A DNA stretch of 56,620 nt from an uncultured Bacilli bacterium (GCA_947626055.1 CANQQP010000002.1:1-56620); one strand, 5' to 3'; shown: positions 44,204-54,768, counted from the stretch's first letter. Notes: generated by a model from the sequence alone, not told the origin. Program-made: numbers and translations.

Positions 44204-44599
44204 TTATATTTTTTCTAAGATTAATTTATTACCATCTACATTTATGGTTAAAAGAGGATTTTCTAAATCTTTATTTTCCTGAAACCCTTTTAAAGAAGCA
44301 GCTACTATCTCAGTTGGTATAACGAACTTATAAACTTCTTTTACTTTTTCTAAGCTTTCTAGCAAATAACATTTCATTGTACCATCATCAATAACAGAAA
44401 AACCAAAATTTTCATTATTGCCATTTGTTTTTTTAATAATATAGTTGTTTTTATAATATGTTAATAAGTTGTTCATATAATTAATAAAGTCACTTACATC
44501 ATTAGCATATAAATAAAGTTTATCATTAGCAATATAATTGTATAGCAAAGCCAAGGATATTATACAGTTTTCATCAATTTCTACTTTAGAATTTAGCAT
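44204..44599 (-). CDS. Hypothetical protein
   Basis: 131 aa with a strong SD (GGGAGGG). It is tightly packed between the yabB-like gene and rsmI. No motif was recognised. Confidence 0.4.
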   Translation of the reverse strand: MLNSKVEIDENCIISLALLYNYIANDKLYLYANDVSDFINYMNNLLTYYKNNYIIKKTNGNNENFGFSVIDDGTMKCYLLESLEKVKEVYKFVIPTEIVAASLKGFQENKDLENPLLTINVDGNKLILEKI

Positions 44600-44645
44600 C
44601 TACAACCCTCCCAATTGGCTCTATTCTATCACACAATTATTTAGT

Positions 44646-45347
44646 TTAAAATAAATTTTTAAAAGTTTTAAGTTCATTTGTATATATGGCTGGTAAAATT
44701 TTTAAACCTTTATTGGCATTTTTAATACAATGCACCAAAATTAAACTGGCATTTTTGTTATTAGATGTATAAATAGGTACTACTTCTTTTATAGTTAAAT
44801 GTTGAGAACTTAAAATGTTTGTTATTTCTTCTAATCTTTCCGCTCGATGAATTAAATAAAAATCGCCATTATTCTTTAGTAGTTTACCACTAATCGTAAT
44901 TAATTCTGCTAATGTAATAGTAATTTCGTGACGAGCTATAGCTTTTATTTTTTCTTCATTAATGATTGAAGAAGATTGATGTTTAAAATAAGGAGGATTG
45001 CAAGAAATAATATCTATACTTTCATAATCAAAATAATTCAATAAATTTTTAACGTTATCATTTATAAGCATAATTTGATCTTCTTTATGATTACAAATTA
45101 TAGATTTTAAAGCTAAATTATATATTTCTTTTTGTAATTCTATTCCGGTGATTTTATTATTATATTTAGTTGTTAAAACTAAAGGAACAGCAGCATTTCC
45201 TGTACATAAATCCAAAATTTTCTGCTTGTCATTATGAGGTTTAATAAATTCTGCTAATAGTAAGGAATCTAAAGAAAATTTAAAGCCTTCTTCTAATTGA
45301 AATATTTTCATTCCATAATCGTATAAATCATTTTGGACAGTTTTCAC
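44646..45347 (-). CDS. tRNA (adenine-N6)-methyltransferase (YabB/YfiC/TrmN6-like)
   Basis: Carries LDLCTGNAAVPL (motif I) and the N6-MTase motif CNPPYF. The probable GTG start overlaps the yaaT 3' end. Confidence 0.8.
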   Translation of the reverse strand: MKTVQNDLYDYGMKIFQLEEGFKFSLDSLLLAEFIKPHNDKQKILDLCTGNAAVPLVLTTKYNNKITGIELQKEIYNLALKSIICNHKEDQIMLINDNVKNLLNYFDYESIDIISCNPPYFKHQSSSIINEEKIKAIARHEITITLAELITISGKLLKNNGDFYLIHRAERLEEITNILSSQHLTIKEVVPIYTSNNKNASLILVHCIKNANKGLKILPAIYTNELKTFKNLF

Positions 45348-46116
45348 AATTCACCTTTATTTCATAACGCGTTCCATTGATGTCAACTTTATACATCCGA
45401 TTTAATATATCGACACTAGTAACTTTACCTTCTCCATAGTCAGTTTTGACAATATCGCCTACTTGAGGCATACCTTTTTGACATCTAGTATACTCTTCAT
45501 CTTCATAAGTTAGACAGCAAAGTAATCTACCACACTGTCCATTTATCTTAGAAGGATTAATAGCTATATTTTGGTTTTTAACCATGTTAATAGAAATATT
45601 GCCGACATGATCTAAAAAGTTTTTACAACATAAGCAACGCCCACATTGACCAATTCCTCCAATAGCCTTTGCCTTGTCTCTAATTCCTACCTGACGAAGT
45701 TCAATACGAGTTTTGTAAATGTTTGCTAATGACTTGGCTAATTGCCGAAAATCAATTCTTTCATCCGCCGTAAAATGAAATAATAATTGTTTTCTTTCAA
45801 AGTTAAAAGAAGCATCTATGAAATTCATACTTAAATCTAGCTCATTAGCTATTCTTTTCGCATCATTTAATGCCCTGGCTGCATCAGCTTGATTTTTCTT
45901 GTTTCTTTTTTTGTCATCTTCGGTAGCTTTTCTTATAATATCTTTTATATTCATTAAATTTAATTCTTCTTGAATTTTTTTTTCAACCCAACCAAATTGT
46001 TCTCCATTTTCAGTTTCTACTATAACTTCTTGTTTAGGTTCCAAGTCGTCTTTATCATAATTAAAATAATAAATTTTTCCCTTTTCTTTGAAAACTATTC
46101 CATAGGTTTGCATCAT
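45328..46116 (-). CDS. yaaT: PSP1-domain protein YaaT/RicT (stage 0 sporulation protein)
   Basis: The PSP1 core has Cys-rich CGRCLCC / CGRLLCCLTYE motifs. It follows holB as in B. subtilis. Confidence 0.9.
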   Translation of the reverse strand: MMQTYGIVFKEKGKIYYFNYDKDDLEPKQEVIVETENGEQFGWVEKKIQEELNLMNIKDIIRKATEDDKKRNKKNQADAARALNDAKRIANELDLSMNFIDASFNFERKQLLFHFTADERIDFRQLAKSLANIYKTRIELRQVGIRDKAKAIGGIGQCGRCLCCKNFLDHVGNISINMVKNQNIAINPSKINGQCGRLLCCLTYEDEEYTRCQKGMPQVGDIVKTDYGEGKVTSVDILNRMYKVDINGTRYEIKVNCENCPK

Positions 46117-46967
46117 AACTCCTCCATTTCTAAAGCAAAGTTATCCAGTAATAATTCTATATTAACATTAAATGAACTACTTTCCAAGACGTTAAAAATA
46201 GCTTTCTGGATTTTTAATAGCTTAGCAAATGGAATATTTTTCAGAATTTCTAAATCATTTTGATTTGTTTTATTAATTACTTCACTTATCTGCCAATATA
46301 AGTAGTTAAAAAAATTAATAATTCGCTCTCTTTCCATGAAGACACTTAATATGCACTTTTTATTTAGATAAATACCATTTTCCGTTTTATTGATTAATTT
46401 AAACAAATACTCTTTAGCAGTAGTTGTAAACTCTTTTAACTGCTGATCCGTAAGATTTAAAATTTCAGTTATGTCTTCATTGTCATAAGGATTATAAATT
46501 ATTTGGCAACGACTTTTGATTGTTTCTAACATTGCCTCTTTATTAGTTGTTACAAAAAATCCTAAAATATTGTTTTCTGGTTCTTCTAAAAATTTTAACA
46601 TTGTATTAGCAGCCGCCCCATTTAACTTCTCCGCATTGTTTATAATATAAATATTATTGGAAATATATAAGGGCTTTGTTTTAAATTGTTCTTTTAATTC
46701 TAATATTTGATTTTTTTTAATTTGTTGTCCATCAGGATATATTTTTTTTATATTGGGAATTACGTCGTTTTCAATTTGATAACATAAGTTGCAATCTTGA
46801 CAAGCATCTTGATATTTATTTAAACAACTTATCTCTTTAATAAACTCTACAATATCTTTATTGCATTTGTTTATATCATTTGTTACAAGCAAAAAAGCAT
46901 GGGAAAGTTTATTCTCATGATATTTTGTTACTAATTCATTTATTTTTTTACTAATTATCACAACCAT
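46113..46967 (-). CDS. holB: DNA polymerase III delta' subunit
   Basis: 284 aa with LSHAFLL, the zinc-module-like sequence C..C..C and LKFLEEP. The synteny is recR-bofA-holB-yaaT. The exact start (ATG at 46967 or GTG two codons downstream) is uncertain. Confidence 0.85.
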   Translation of the reverse strand: MVVIISKKINELVTKYHENKLSHAFLLVTNDINKCNKDIVEFIKEISCLNKYQDACQDCNLCYQIENDVIPNIKKIYPDGQQIKKNQILELKEQFKTKPLYISNNIYIINNAEKLNGAAANTMLKFLEEPENNILGFFVTTNKEAMLETIKSRCQIIYNPYDNEDITEILNLTDQQLKEFTTTAKEYLFKLINKTENGIYLNKKCILSVFMERERIINFFNYLYWQISEVINKTNQNDLEILKNIPFAKLLKIQKAIFNVLESSSFNVNIELLLDNFALEMEEL

Positions 46968-46972
46968 TACCT

Positions 46973-47161
46973 CTACTTTGTTATAAAAAACATTAAAACC
47001 AAAGAAAATAAACCTGGAAAACCTAAAGTAGAAACAACGCCTACATTGATTAAATTAATAGGAATAAAAATGTTTGCTGCCGACAAAATTAAATTTAATC
47101 CATAAATTACTAATATTGATGTACAAATTTTTCTAATTATAGTTACTATTTTTTTTATCAT
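46973..47161 (-). CDS. bofA: Pro-sigmaK processing inhibitor BofA
   Basis: 62 aa. NIFIPINLINVGVVSTLGFPGLFSLVLMFFI aligns with B. subtilis BofA GIHVPINLVTTAISGFLGIPGIAALVVIKQFI. It lies downstream of recR as in Bacillus. Confidence 0.85.
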   Translation of the reverse strand: MIKKIVTIIRKICTSILVIYGLNLILSAANIFIPINLINVGVVSTLGFPGLFSLVLMFFITK

Positions 47162-47209
47162 AATTTTCTCCCTGTTAAAAATTATGATAAAAAGATTTAT
47201 TTTATTACT

Positions 47210-47830
47210 TTATTTCCCAGGAAATAAATTTTCTGATATAACTTTGCGATCTTTTAGGGCTTTATCTAACGATAAAGGGTCTAAATAATCAATTTCTGCT
47301 CCCATCGGAATACCATATGGTAAACGAGAAATCTTAATTTGTTTATCTTTTAATAATTTTTGAATAAACATTGTTGTTGCTTCTCCTTCAACACTAGCTT
47401 TTAGAGCCACTATAATTTCACATTCTCCCAACTCATCAACTCGCTTAATTAAACTGGCAATGTTAATGTCTTCAGGTCCAATTCCATCGATAGGAGAAAT
47501 TAACCCATTTAGCACATGATATGTGCCATTATAATTTCCCGATTTTTCAAAAGCAAACACACTTTTAAAATCTTCTAATATGCAAATTAATTTTTTATCT
47601 CTTTCCGAATCAGCACATATATCACAAATATCATTAGTAGCTAAGTGCCCACATATCTGACAGGGATGTAAATTTTTCTTTATAGCTAATAAACTATTGG
47701 CAAAATTTATTACATCCTCTTCTGGTAGCTTTAATATTGCTAACACTTGTCTTTCGGCACTTTTTTCACCAATACCAGGTATCTTTTTAAAATTTTCAAT
47801 GGCTTCACTTAAATCTGCTGGATATATCAT
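47210..47830 (-). CDS. recR: Recombination protein RecR
   Basis: Carries the HhH motif PGIGEKSAER, the Cys4 zinc finger C..C.....C..C and a Toprim region. Confidence 0.97.
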   Translation of the reverse strand: MIYPADLSEAIENFKKIPGIGEKSAERQVLAILKLPEEDVINFANSLLAIKKNLHPCQICGHLATNDICDICADSERDKKLICILEDFKSVFAFEKSGNYNGTYHVLNGLISPIDGIGPEDINIASLIKRVDELGECEIIVALKASVEGEATTMFIQKLLKDKQIKISRLPYGIPMGAEIDYLDPLSLDKALKDRKVISENLFPGK

Positions 47831-48129
47831 TAGAATAACCCATTAAGAGGACCAGCAGCGGCTCCCATTTTTTCATTTACTTCTTTATCAACTTTAGCAA
47901 GAGCATCTTTTATTGCTATACTTATCATATCTTCTAAAATTTCCAAATCATCAGCTTCATATTTTTGTTCTTTATCTATTTTAATCGAAACTAATTCTTT
48001 TTTTCCATTAAAAACTACTTCTACTAACTCGGATTTTCCTACAAACGTTTGATTATTTATTTCTTCCTTTTTTTTCATTAAATCCTTTTGCATTTTTTGA
48101 GCTTGGGCCATAAGACTTTGCATATTCAT
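47830..48129 (-). CDS. ybaB: Nucleoid-associated protein YbaB/EbfC
   Basis: Starts MNMQSLMAQAQKMQKDL. The ATG at 48129 is preceded by AGGTGA, and the ORF-track GTG at 48138 lies in the SD. The dnaX-ybaB-recR order is conserved. Confidence 0.92.
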   Translation of the reverse strand: MNMQSLMAQAQKMQKDLMKKKEEINNQTFVGKSELVEVVFNGKKELVSIKIDKEQKYEADDLEILEDMISIAIKDALAKVDKEVNEKMGAAAGPLNGLF

Positions 48130-48138
48130 TTTTCTCAC

Positions 48139-49746
48139 CTATTCCTTTACTATTTCAATCTTATCTTCTGAAAAAATATTATTTGCTAAATTTTCTAATT
48201 CGTCTTTTTCTAGAGATTCTAATATAATTTCTTCTTTTATATCATATTTTATTTGTTTTTTGATATCTTCGATATATTTAGCTTTTATATTTCTCCATTC
48301 TTCTTTAGAGACGGCAATTATTTTCCATTTTAATTGCAATTGGTTACCTATAAATTTTTCAATTATTGCGGTTTGATTATTTATTAATCCTGCCGAACTG
48401 TCTGTTAATGTTTCTATTATAACATATCCCTCTGACGCTGCAACGATATCTGTATCACAAACATTTAAATATATATTATTATCCACTAGTTTTACTTTTT
48501 CTAAAAAACTTTGCCAATTAAGTTTGGCGGTATTTAAAATTTGCTTACTAGCTTCTGCCAAACAATTATTAACTCTTATTTTTTTAAATTTCTCTATCAA
48601 ATCTTTCTGTTTTTCGGCTTTTATCTTTATTTCCCGATTATTTTGTTGGCTTATTTCTGTTTTTTTATTATTTCCCAGGAAATATTCAGCTTCTTTTTCA
48701 TTGTTTTTTTCCATATTAGCATTCATATAACTTAAGACTATCATTTCCACAATAATATATGGGTCAATACTAATCGATTTATTAGCTAATAAATTAGTTA
48801 ATTCCAATATTAAATTTTTTATTTTTTCAAATGTTAATCTTTTTTCTTTTACAGCATTCAATTTAATATTAATAGCTAATTCTTTTAATTCATTAATCAG
48901 TTTATTAATAAATACTTTGCTATCAATACCAGAATTCTTAAATTCTTGCAGCATTTCTATTGTTACTTTTATATCATTACTTTCTACTATATCTATAAAT
49001 TTCTTAATTTTTATATTGGAAATTGTGCCAAAAGTATTTATTACTGTTTCAATTGTTATCTCATCGGTGGCCAAAGATGCAATTTGATCTAAAATACTTA
49101 AAGCATCCCGCAATCCTCCTTCAGCCAAATAGGCAACTTCTGTAATTGCTTCAGGAGTAATTTTTATTTTTTCTTGTGAACAAACGTACGTTAATCTATT
49201 ACATATATCTTCTACAGAAATTCTAGAAAAATCAAAACGTTGAGTTCGAGATAATATAGTAATAGGAACGTTTTGAATGTCCGTAGTTGCTAAAATAAAA
49301 ACTACATGAGCAGGTGGTTCTTCTAATGTTAATAATAAAGCATTAAAAGCACTTTGTGATAACATATGTACTTCATCAATAATATAAACTTTATATTTAG
49401 AATTACTTGGTAATAACTTAATATTATTTATTAATTCTCTTATTTCATCTACCCCATTATTGGATGCGGCATCAATTTCAATTATATCTGGATTATCATT
49501 AAAAGTTTTGCACGAATTACAGTTTAAACAAGGATTGCCTTGTTGATTATTCTCACAATTAATACTTCGAGCAAAAATTTTTGCCAGCGAAGTTTTTCCT
49601 GTTCCTCTTGGTCCTGTGAATATGTATGCATGAGATATTTTATTTTGTACTATAGCATTTTTTAAAGTATTTACTACTGTTTTTTGACCTGTTACATCAT
49701 CAAAAGATAGTGGTCTATATTTACGATAAAGTACTTTATAATCCAT
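48139..49746 (-). CDS. dnaX: DNA polymerase III gamma/tau subunit
   Basis: Carries YRKYRP, GPRGTGKTS, the zinc module C..C..C, IIDEVHMLS and SRTQRF. The ATG at 49746 is preceded by AGGTGA. Confidence 0.95.
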   Translation of the reverse strand: MDYKVLYRKYRPLSFDDVTGQKTVVNTLKNAIVQNKISHAYIFTGPRGTGKTSLAKIFARSINCENNQQGNPCLNCNSCKTFNDNPDIIEIDAASNNGVDEIRELINNIKLLPSNSKYKVYIIDEVHMLSQSAFNALLLTLEEPPAHVVFILATTDIQNVPITILSRTQRFDFSRISVEDICNRLTYVCSQEKIKITPEAITEVAYLAEGGLRDALSILDQIASLATDEITIETVINTFGTISNIKIKKFIDIVESNDIKVTIEMLQEFKNSGIDSKVFINKLINELKELAINIKLNAVKEKRLTFEKIKNLILELTNLLANKSISIDPYIIVEMIVLSYMNANMEKNNEKEAEYFLGNNKKTEISQQNNREIKIKAEKQKDLIEKFKKIRVNNCLAEASKQILNTAKLNWQSFLEKVKLVDNNIYLNVCDTDIVAASEGYVIIETLTDSSAGLINNQTAIIEKFIGNQLQLKWKIIAVSKEEWRNIKAKYIEDIKKQIKYDIKEEIILESLEKDELENLANNIFSEDKIEIVKE

Positions 49747-49796
49747 GTTGTCATCACCTGTTTCCACACTTATAATTATAGCATACTTACAGTCGT

Positions 49797-50216
49797 TTAT
49801 CTTCTATTTTCAAAGAATTTTTTCAATTTATTTTTATATTCTTCTTTTATTTTTTTCATCCCAGGAATCTCTATAAAATTACTTTTAGAGTAAGTTTTTT
49901 TATTTTCTAATCTTTCAATCAAATAATAAGTTTCTAGGATATGGGCTTCTCTTATAATTATTTCACACATTTCACAAGGTTTAAGTGTTACGTAAAGCTG
50001 GCAATCATTTAAATTCCATCTTTTTAATTTTTTATTTGCTTTTTTAATACATAATATTTCGGCATGGCCCAAAACATTGTGGGTCACATTTTTATTGTTC
50101 ACACACTTACTAATAATTTTATCTTTTTGTACCAATATAGCTGCAATTGGTAGTTCTTCTTTTTTTTGATTTTTTAATGCAAGTTCTAAGCACATTTGCA
50201 TATATTTTTCATTCAT
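49797..50216 (-). CDS. tadA: tRNA-specific adenosine deaminase TadA
   Basis: Carries HAEILCI and PCEMC zinc ligands. The ATG at 50216 is preceded by AGGAG. The ORF-track extension to 50312 runs through the SRP RNA gene and is rejected. Confidence 0.9.
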   Translation of the reverse strand: MNEKYMQMCLELALKNQKKEELPIAAILVQKDKIISKCVNNKNVTHNVLGHAEILCIKKANKKLKRWNLNDCQLYVTLKPCEMCEIIIREAHILETYYLIERLENKKTYSKSNFIEIPGMKKIKEEYKNKLKKFFENRR

Positions 50217-50239
50217 AAAATATACTCCTAAACAAAAAA

Positions 50240-50310
50240 GTGCACACAAATAGGGATTGATGTGGCTGCTATCTTCCGATCCTGACCAATTTACAATATA
50301 TTTGTTGCAC
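50240..50310 (-). ncRNA. ffs: Signal recognition particle RNA, minimal (4.5S-like) form
   Basis: Minus strand reads GUGCAACAAAUAUAUUGUAAAUUGGUCAGGAUCGGAAGAUAGCAGCCACAUCAAUCCCUAUUUGUGUGCAC. It contains the domain IV core GGUCAGG-nn-CGGAAG-nn-AGCAGCC with a GGAA tetraloop. A 12-bp closing stem (GUGCA/UGCAC + ACAAAUA/UAUUUGU, one bulged G) is followed by UUUUUUG. Confidence 0.8.
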
Positions 50311-50358
50311 AAAAGTATATTAACAAATTTAAAATTAATTCACAACTTTTTTATACAA

Positions 50359-50374
50359 TGTTTCACGTGAAACA
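50359..50374. promoter_or_regulatory. parS: parS site (ParB/Spo0J centromere-like site), intergenic copy
   Basis: TGTTTCACGTGAAACA is a perfect match to the Firmicute parS consensus TGTTNCACGTGAAACA. It sits within a 24-bp perfect palindrome (50355-50378), 2 nt after the gyrA stop. Confidence 0.85.
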
Positions 50375-50379
50375 TTGTT

Positions 50380-52842
50380 TTATTTATCGCTTTGAGTTTC
50401 TGATGTTTCACGTGAAACATCATCGTCTTCTTCGTTTTTATCTACCAAACTTATTGTAGCTACTGTTTGATTGTCTTTTAAATTTATTAATCTTATTCCT
50501 TGAGTTACACGACCTAAAGTAGATATTTGGTCTAAAGGCATACGCATAATTATACCGCTATTTGTTACAATCATTAAATCTTTGTTTTCTTCTACTAACT
50601 TAAATGAAGCAATAGTACCATTTTTATCAGTGATATTTAAGGCTTTTACTCCTTTACTTCCTCGCTTAGTTTGACGATATTCAGAAATCTTTGTTTTCTT
50701 ACCATAGCCTTTTTCAGTAACAATTAATACTTCTTTATCATCGGAAGCAATTTCAGCTCCTATACATCTACCACCATTTAAATTAATTCCTCTTACACCA
50801 CTAGCAGTACGGCCCATAACTCTTACTTCAGATTCATTAAATTTAACCATTCTACCTAAATTAGACCCTAATAAGATTGAGGCACTACCATTGGTCTTTT
50901 TAACTGATATCAATTCATCAGTATCTTTTAAGTTAATACAAATCTTACCAGTATTTCTAATTTTTGAGAATTCTTCTAGCTTAGTTTTCTTTACTAATCC
51001 GTTTTTGGTTACAAACAATAAATAACTTACATCTTCATTAGAATTTATCGTAATAACTGAATTTATCATCTCATCTTTCTCTATTTGCAATAGATTAATT
51101 ATTGGTAGTCCTTTAGATTGACGACTAAATTCTGGTATTTCATAACCTTTTAAACGATATACTTTACCTTTATTAGTAAAGAATAAAATATAATCATGTG
51201 TTGATAAGTTAATCAAGTGTTCAACGAAATCTTCATCATTGGTTGATATTCCTTTTACACCCACTCCACCACGATTTTGAGAGCGGAAAATGTCGACTGG
51301 TGTTCGTTTAATATAACCTTTGCTAGTTAAAGCAACCATAATATTTTCTTCAGGAATTAAGGATTCGTCCTCAATAAATTCAATAGCCGTCATATCAATA
51401 TCAGTTCGTCTATCATCAGCATATTTATTTTTAATTTCAATTAATTCTTCTTTAATTATATCTAATACTCTTTGCTCACTAGCTAAAATAGCTCGATAAT
51501 CAGCAATACTTGTTAATAAGTCTGCTAATTCTTTTTCGATTTTGTCACGTTCTAATCCAGTTAAACGACGCAAACGCATTTCTAGGATGGCATCCGCTTG
51601 GATATCATCTAAACCAAAGCGAGAAATTAATTGTTCTTTCGCTTCCACGTCTGTTTTGGAACCTCTAATTATCTTAATAACTTCATCCAAGTTATCCAAA
51701 GCAATCTTTAATCCCTCTAAAATATGAACTCTAGCTTCTGCTTTTTCCAAATCAAATTTTGTACGACGAATTATAATTTCTTTTTGATAATCAATATATT
51801 TAGAAATAATTTCTTTTAAAGATAATACTTTTGGTCTTTTTTGATCTAGCATTAATAAATTAATTCCATAAGATGTTTGTAATTGCGTATGTTTATATAA
51901 GTTATTTAATACAACATTAGCATTGGCATCTTTACGCAGATAAATGACAACACGAACAGGATTTTCCAAATTTGATTCTTCGTGAATATCTGTAATTCCG
52001 TCAATTATTTTATCTCTTACTAATTGGCCAATACGTGACTGAAATTCCGCTTTATTTACTTGATAAGGAAGCTCGTTTACTATTATTCGCGTTTTATTAC
52101 CACTTTCATCAATTTCGACTTTTCCGCGAATAGTTATACTTCCCCGACCTGTTTCATAAGCTTTCTTAATACCGCTATTACCAAGTATTACAGCTCCTGT
52201 TGGAAAATCTGGTCCTTTTATATATTCCATCAAACCATCAGTATCAATATCCGGATTATCAATATAAGCTACACAACCATCTATAACTTCTCCTAAATTA
52301 TGAGGAGGAATATTAGTAGCCATACCAACAGCTATACCCATCGTACCATTAACTAAAATATTAGGAAATCTACTCGGTAATATTTCTGGTTCTTCTTCGG
52401 TTTCATCGAAGTTAGGTGCGAAGTCAACAGTATTCTTATTAATATCTCTAACCATTTCCAAAGATAGTTTTGAAAGACGAGCTTCGGTATAACGATAAGC
52501 CGCTGCCCCATCACCATCTAAGTTACCAAAGTTTCCATGGCCATCAACAAGCATATGTCTAAAACTAAAGTTTTGAGCCATTCTTACCATTGCATCATAA
52601 ATAGAAGAGTCTCCATGAGGATGGTATTTTCCCATTACATCTCCGACAATTCTGGCACTTTTACGATGAGGTTTATCTGGAGTATAACCGGCTTCATACA
52701 TAGAATATAAAATTCGACGATGAACAGGTTTTAAACCATCACGCAAATCTGGTAAAGCACGAGCCACGATAACACTCATGGAATAATTTAGAAAACAGAT
52801 TTTTACCTCTTTTTCAATATCATTTTCTATTATCTTATCCAT
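50380..52842 (-). CDS. gyrA: DNA gyrase subunit A
   Basis: 820 aa with [24 protein letters not shown], the catalytic-Tyr region [12 protein letters not shown]-terminal beta-pinwheel repeats and an acidic tail. Confidence 0.98.
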   Translation of the reverse strand: MDKIIENDIEKEVKICFLNYSMSVIVARALPDLRDGLKPVHRRILYSMYEAGYTPDKPHRKSARIVGDVMGKYHPHGDSSIYDAMVRMAQNFSFRHMLVDGHGNFGNLDGDGAAAYRYTEARLSKLSLEMVRDINKNTVDFAPNFDETEEEPEILPSRFPNILVNGTMGIAVGMATNIPPHNLGEVIDGCVAYIDNPDIDTDGLMEYIKGPDFPTGAVILGNSGIKKAYETGRGSITIRGKVEIDESGNKTRIIVNELPYQVNKAEFQSRIGQLVRDKIIDGITDIHEESNLENPVRVVIYLRKDANANVVLNNLYKHTQLQTSYGINLLMLDQKRPKVLSLKEIISKYIDYQKEIIIRRTKFDLEKAEARVHILEGLKIALDNLDEVIKIIRGSKTDVEAKEQLISRFGLDDIQADAILEMRLRRLTGLERDKIEKELADLLTSIADYRAILASEQRVLDIIKEELIEIKNKYADDRRTDIDMTAIEFIEDESLIPEENIMVALTSKGYIKRTPVDIFRSQNRGGVGVKGISTNDEDFVEHLINLSTHDYILFFTNKGKVYRLKGYEIPEFSRQSKGLPIINLLQIEKDEMINSVITINSNEDVSYLLFVTKNGLVKKTKLEEFSKIRNTGKICINLKDTDELISVKKTNGSASILLGSNLGRMVKFNESEVRVMGRTASGVRGINLNGGRCIGAEIASDDKEVLIVTEKGYGKKTKISEYRQTKRGSKGVKALNITDKNGTIASFKLVEENKDLMIVTNSGIIMRMPLDQISTLGRVTQGIRLINLKDNQTVATISLVDKNEEDDDVSRETSETQSDK
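50404..50419. promoter_or_regulatory. parS: parS site embedded in the gyrA 3' coding region
   Basis: A second perfect TGTTTCACGTGAAACA (20-bp palindrome, 50402-50421) encodes DVSRET in the acidic GyrA tail. It is centred 45 bp from the first site. Confidence 0.85.
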
Positions 52843-52854
52843 TCTTAAAACCTC

Positions 52855-54768
52855 CTAAACGTCTAAGTTTTCGACAAACTGACCATTTTCTTCAATATAA
52901 GTTTTTCTAGGTAATACATTTTCACCCATTAAGTCTGTAAATACCTGATCAGCAGCAATCGCATCTTCTACTGTTATTCTTTTTAAAACACGGTTTTCAA
53001 TATGCATTGTTGTTTCTCTTAGGTCGATAGCATCCATTTCTCCTAGACCTTTAAAACGATTTACCGTAACTTTTGCATTAGCAGGTAATGTTGCACGATA
53101 CTCCGCTAATTCTTCATCTGTTAAAACATACTTAATATTTTTACCATAAACTACTTTATATAGTGGTGGTTGAGCAGCATAAACATAGCCACCTTCCACA
53201 ATTGGTCTAAAGAAACGATAAAATAAAGTTAAAAGTAATATTCGAATATGCTCTCCATCGACATCGGCATCGGTCATAATGACAATTTTATGATATCTTA
53301 ATTTAGAAATATCGAAATCAGCACCAATCCCTGTTCCAAAAGCCGTAATTATTGTTCTTATTTCTTCATTATTTAAAGCCTTATCTAAACGAGCCTTTTC
53401 GACATTTAATATTTTTCCTCTTAAAGGTAAAATAGCTTGGGTTTTTGGCATACGTGCATCTTTCGCCGAACCTCCTGCCGAATCCCCTTCGACAATAAAG
53501 ATTTCAGACTCTGTAGCATCTCTACTTGTACAATCAGATAATTTACCAATTGTATTAAAAGCATCCATAGGTGTTTTACGTCTAGTGATTTCACGGGCCT
53601 TTTTGGCAGCTAATCTTGCACGCGAAGCAACAGTTGCTTTATCAATAATTATCTTAGCCTCTTCCGGATTTTCCATTAAAAATCTTTCAAATCCTTCACT
53701 AAATATATCATCTGCTATTTTACGGACTTCTGCACTACCCAATTTTCCTTTTGTTTGACCTTCAAATTGGGGATCTGGATGTTTACAAGAAATAATCATT
53801 GTTAAGCCTTCACGAACATCATCGCCAGTTAAGCTCTCATCATTTTCTTTTAACAATTTAGCTTTCTTGGCATAATTATTGATAATCCTCGTTAAAGCTC
53901 TTTTAACGCCATCTTCATGAGTTCCGCCATCTCCAGTATTGATATTATTAACAAAGGAGAAAATTGAAGAATTGTAAGAATCATTATATTGCATTGCTAC
54001 TTCAATAATAATATCATCTTCTTTTCCTTCAATATAAACGATGTCATCATGAATTGGTTCTTTATTTTTATTTAACATTTTGACATACTCGATTATTCCC
54101 CCATTATAAAGGAAAGCTGATTGCTTATTTTCTTCTCTTTCATCGATTAATTTAATCTGTAAGCCCTTATTCAAAAAAGCAATTTGTTGTAATCTATTAG
54201 CTAATATATTAAAGTCAAACACAGTAGTTTCTTGAAAGATGGCAGGATCTGGTTTAAATATAACAGTTGTTCCTGTCCGATCCTGCGCACATTTATCAAT
54301 AACTTTTAAAGGTTCTACTGGTTTTCCTCCATGTTCAAATCTTTGATAATGAACTTCCCCATCACGATAAACATAAACTTCAAGCCACTCTGATAAAGCA
54401 TTAACAACACTGGCTCCTACACCATGTAATCCACCACTAACTTTGTAGCCACCGCCACCAAATTTACCGCCCGCATGTAAGACAGTAAAAATCGTCTCAA
54501 CTGTGGATAAACCTGTTTTTTTATTAATTCCGGTAGGCATTCCTCGCCCGTCGTCTTTAACAGTTATTGTATTACCTTTGCCAATGATTACTTCAATATC
54601 ATCACAAAATCCCGCTAAAGATTCATCAACCGAATTATCAACAATTTCCCAAACTAAATGATGTAAACCCACAACACTAGTTGTACCGATATACATTCCC
54701 GGACGTTTACGAACAGCTTCCAATCCTTCTAATACTTGTATGTTCTCATCATTATATTCATTTTTCAT
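52855..54768 (-). CDS. gyrB: DNA gyrase subunit B
   Basis: 637 aa with [41 protein letters not shown] and [10 protein letters not shown]. Confidence 0.98.
   Translation of the reverse strand: MKNEYNDENIQVLEGLEAVRKRPGMYIGTTSVVGLHHLVWEIVDNSVDESLAGFCDDIEVIIGKGNTITVKDDGRGMPTGINKKTGLSTVETIFTVLHAGGKFGGGGYKVSGGLHGVGASVVNALSEWLEVYVYRDGEVHYQRFEHGGKPVEPLKVIDKCAQDRTGTTVIFKPDPAIFQETTVFDFNILANRLQQIAFLNKGLQIKLIDEREENKQSAFLYNGGIIEYVKMLNKNKEPIHDDIVYIEGKEDDIIIEVAMQYNDSYNSSIFSFVNNINTGDGGTHEDGVKRALTRIINNYAKKAKLLKENDESLTGDDVREGLTMIISCKHPDPQFEGQTKGKLGSAEVRKIADDIFSEGFERFLMENPEEAKIIIDKATVASRARLAAKKAREITRRKTPMDAFNTIGKLSDCTSRDATESEIFIVEGDSAGGSAKDARMPKTQAILPLRGKILNVEKARLDKALNNEEIRTIITAFGTGIGADFDISKLRYHKIVIMTDADVDGEHIRILLLTLFYRFFRPIVEGGYVYAAQPPLYKVVYGKNIKYVLTDEELAEYRATLPANAKVTVNRFKGLGEMDAIDLRETTMHIENRVLKRITVEDAIAADQVFTDLMGENVLPRKTYIEENGQFVENLDV

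Noticed and set aside
50217-50312. N-terminal 32 codons of the ORF-track tadA (MCNKYIVNWSGSEDSSHINPYLCALFCLGVYF)
   Set aside because: This stretch is the SRP RNA gene read as protein. An ATG with an AGGAG SD at 50216 gives a normal-length TadA.
1703-52296. All 25 plus-strand ORFs in the supplied track (60-97 aa; for example 1703-1885, 2567-2836, 15870-16133, 16496-16774, 20626-20904, 45970-46263, 52060-52296)
   Set aside because: Each lies entirely antisense to a well-supported minus-strand gene and lacks a Shine-Dalgarno. Each also has the I/L/F/K/N-rich composition expected from reading AT-rich coding DNA on the wrong strand. I treat them as shadow ORFs.
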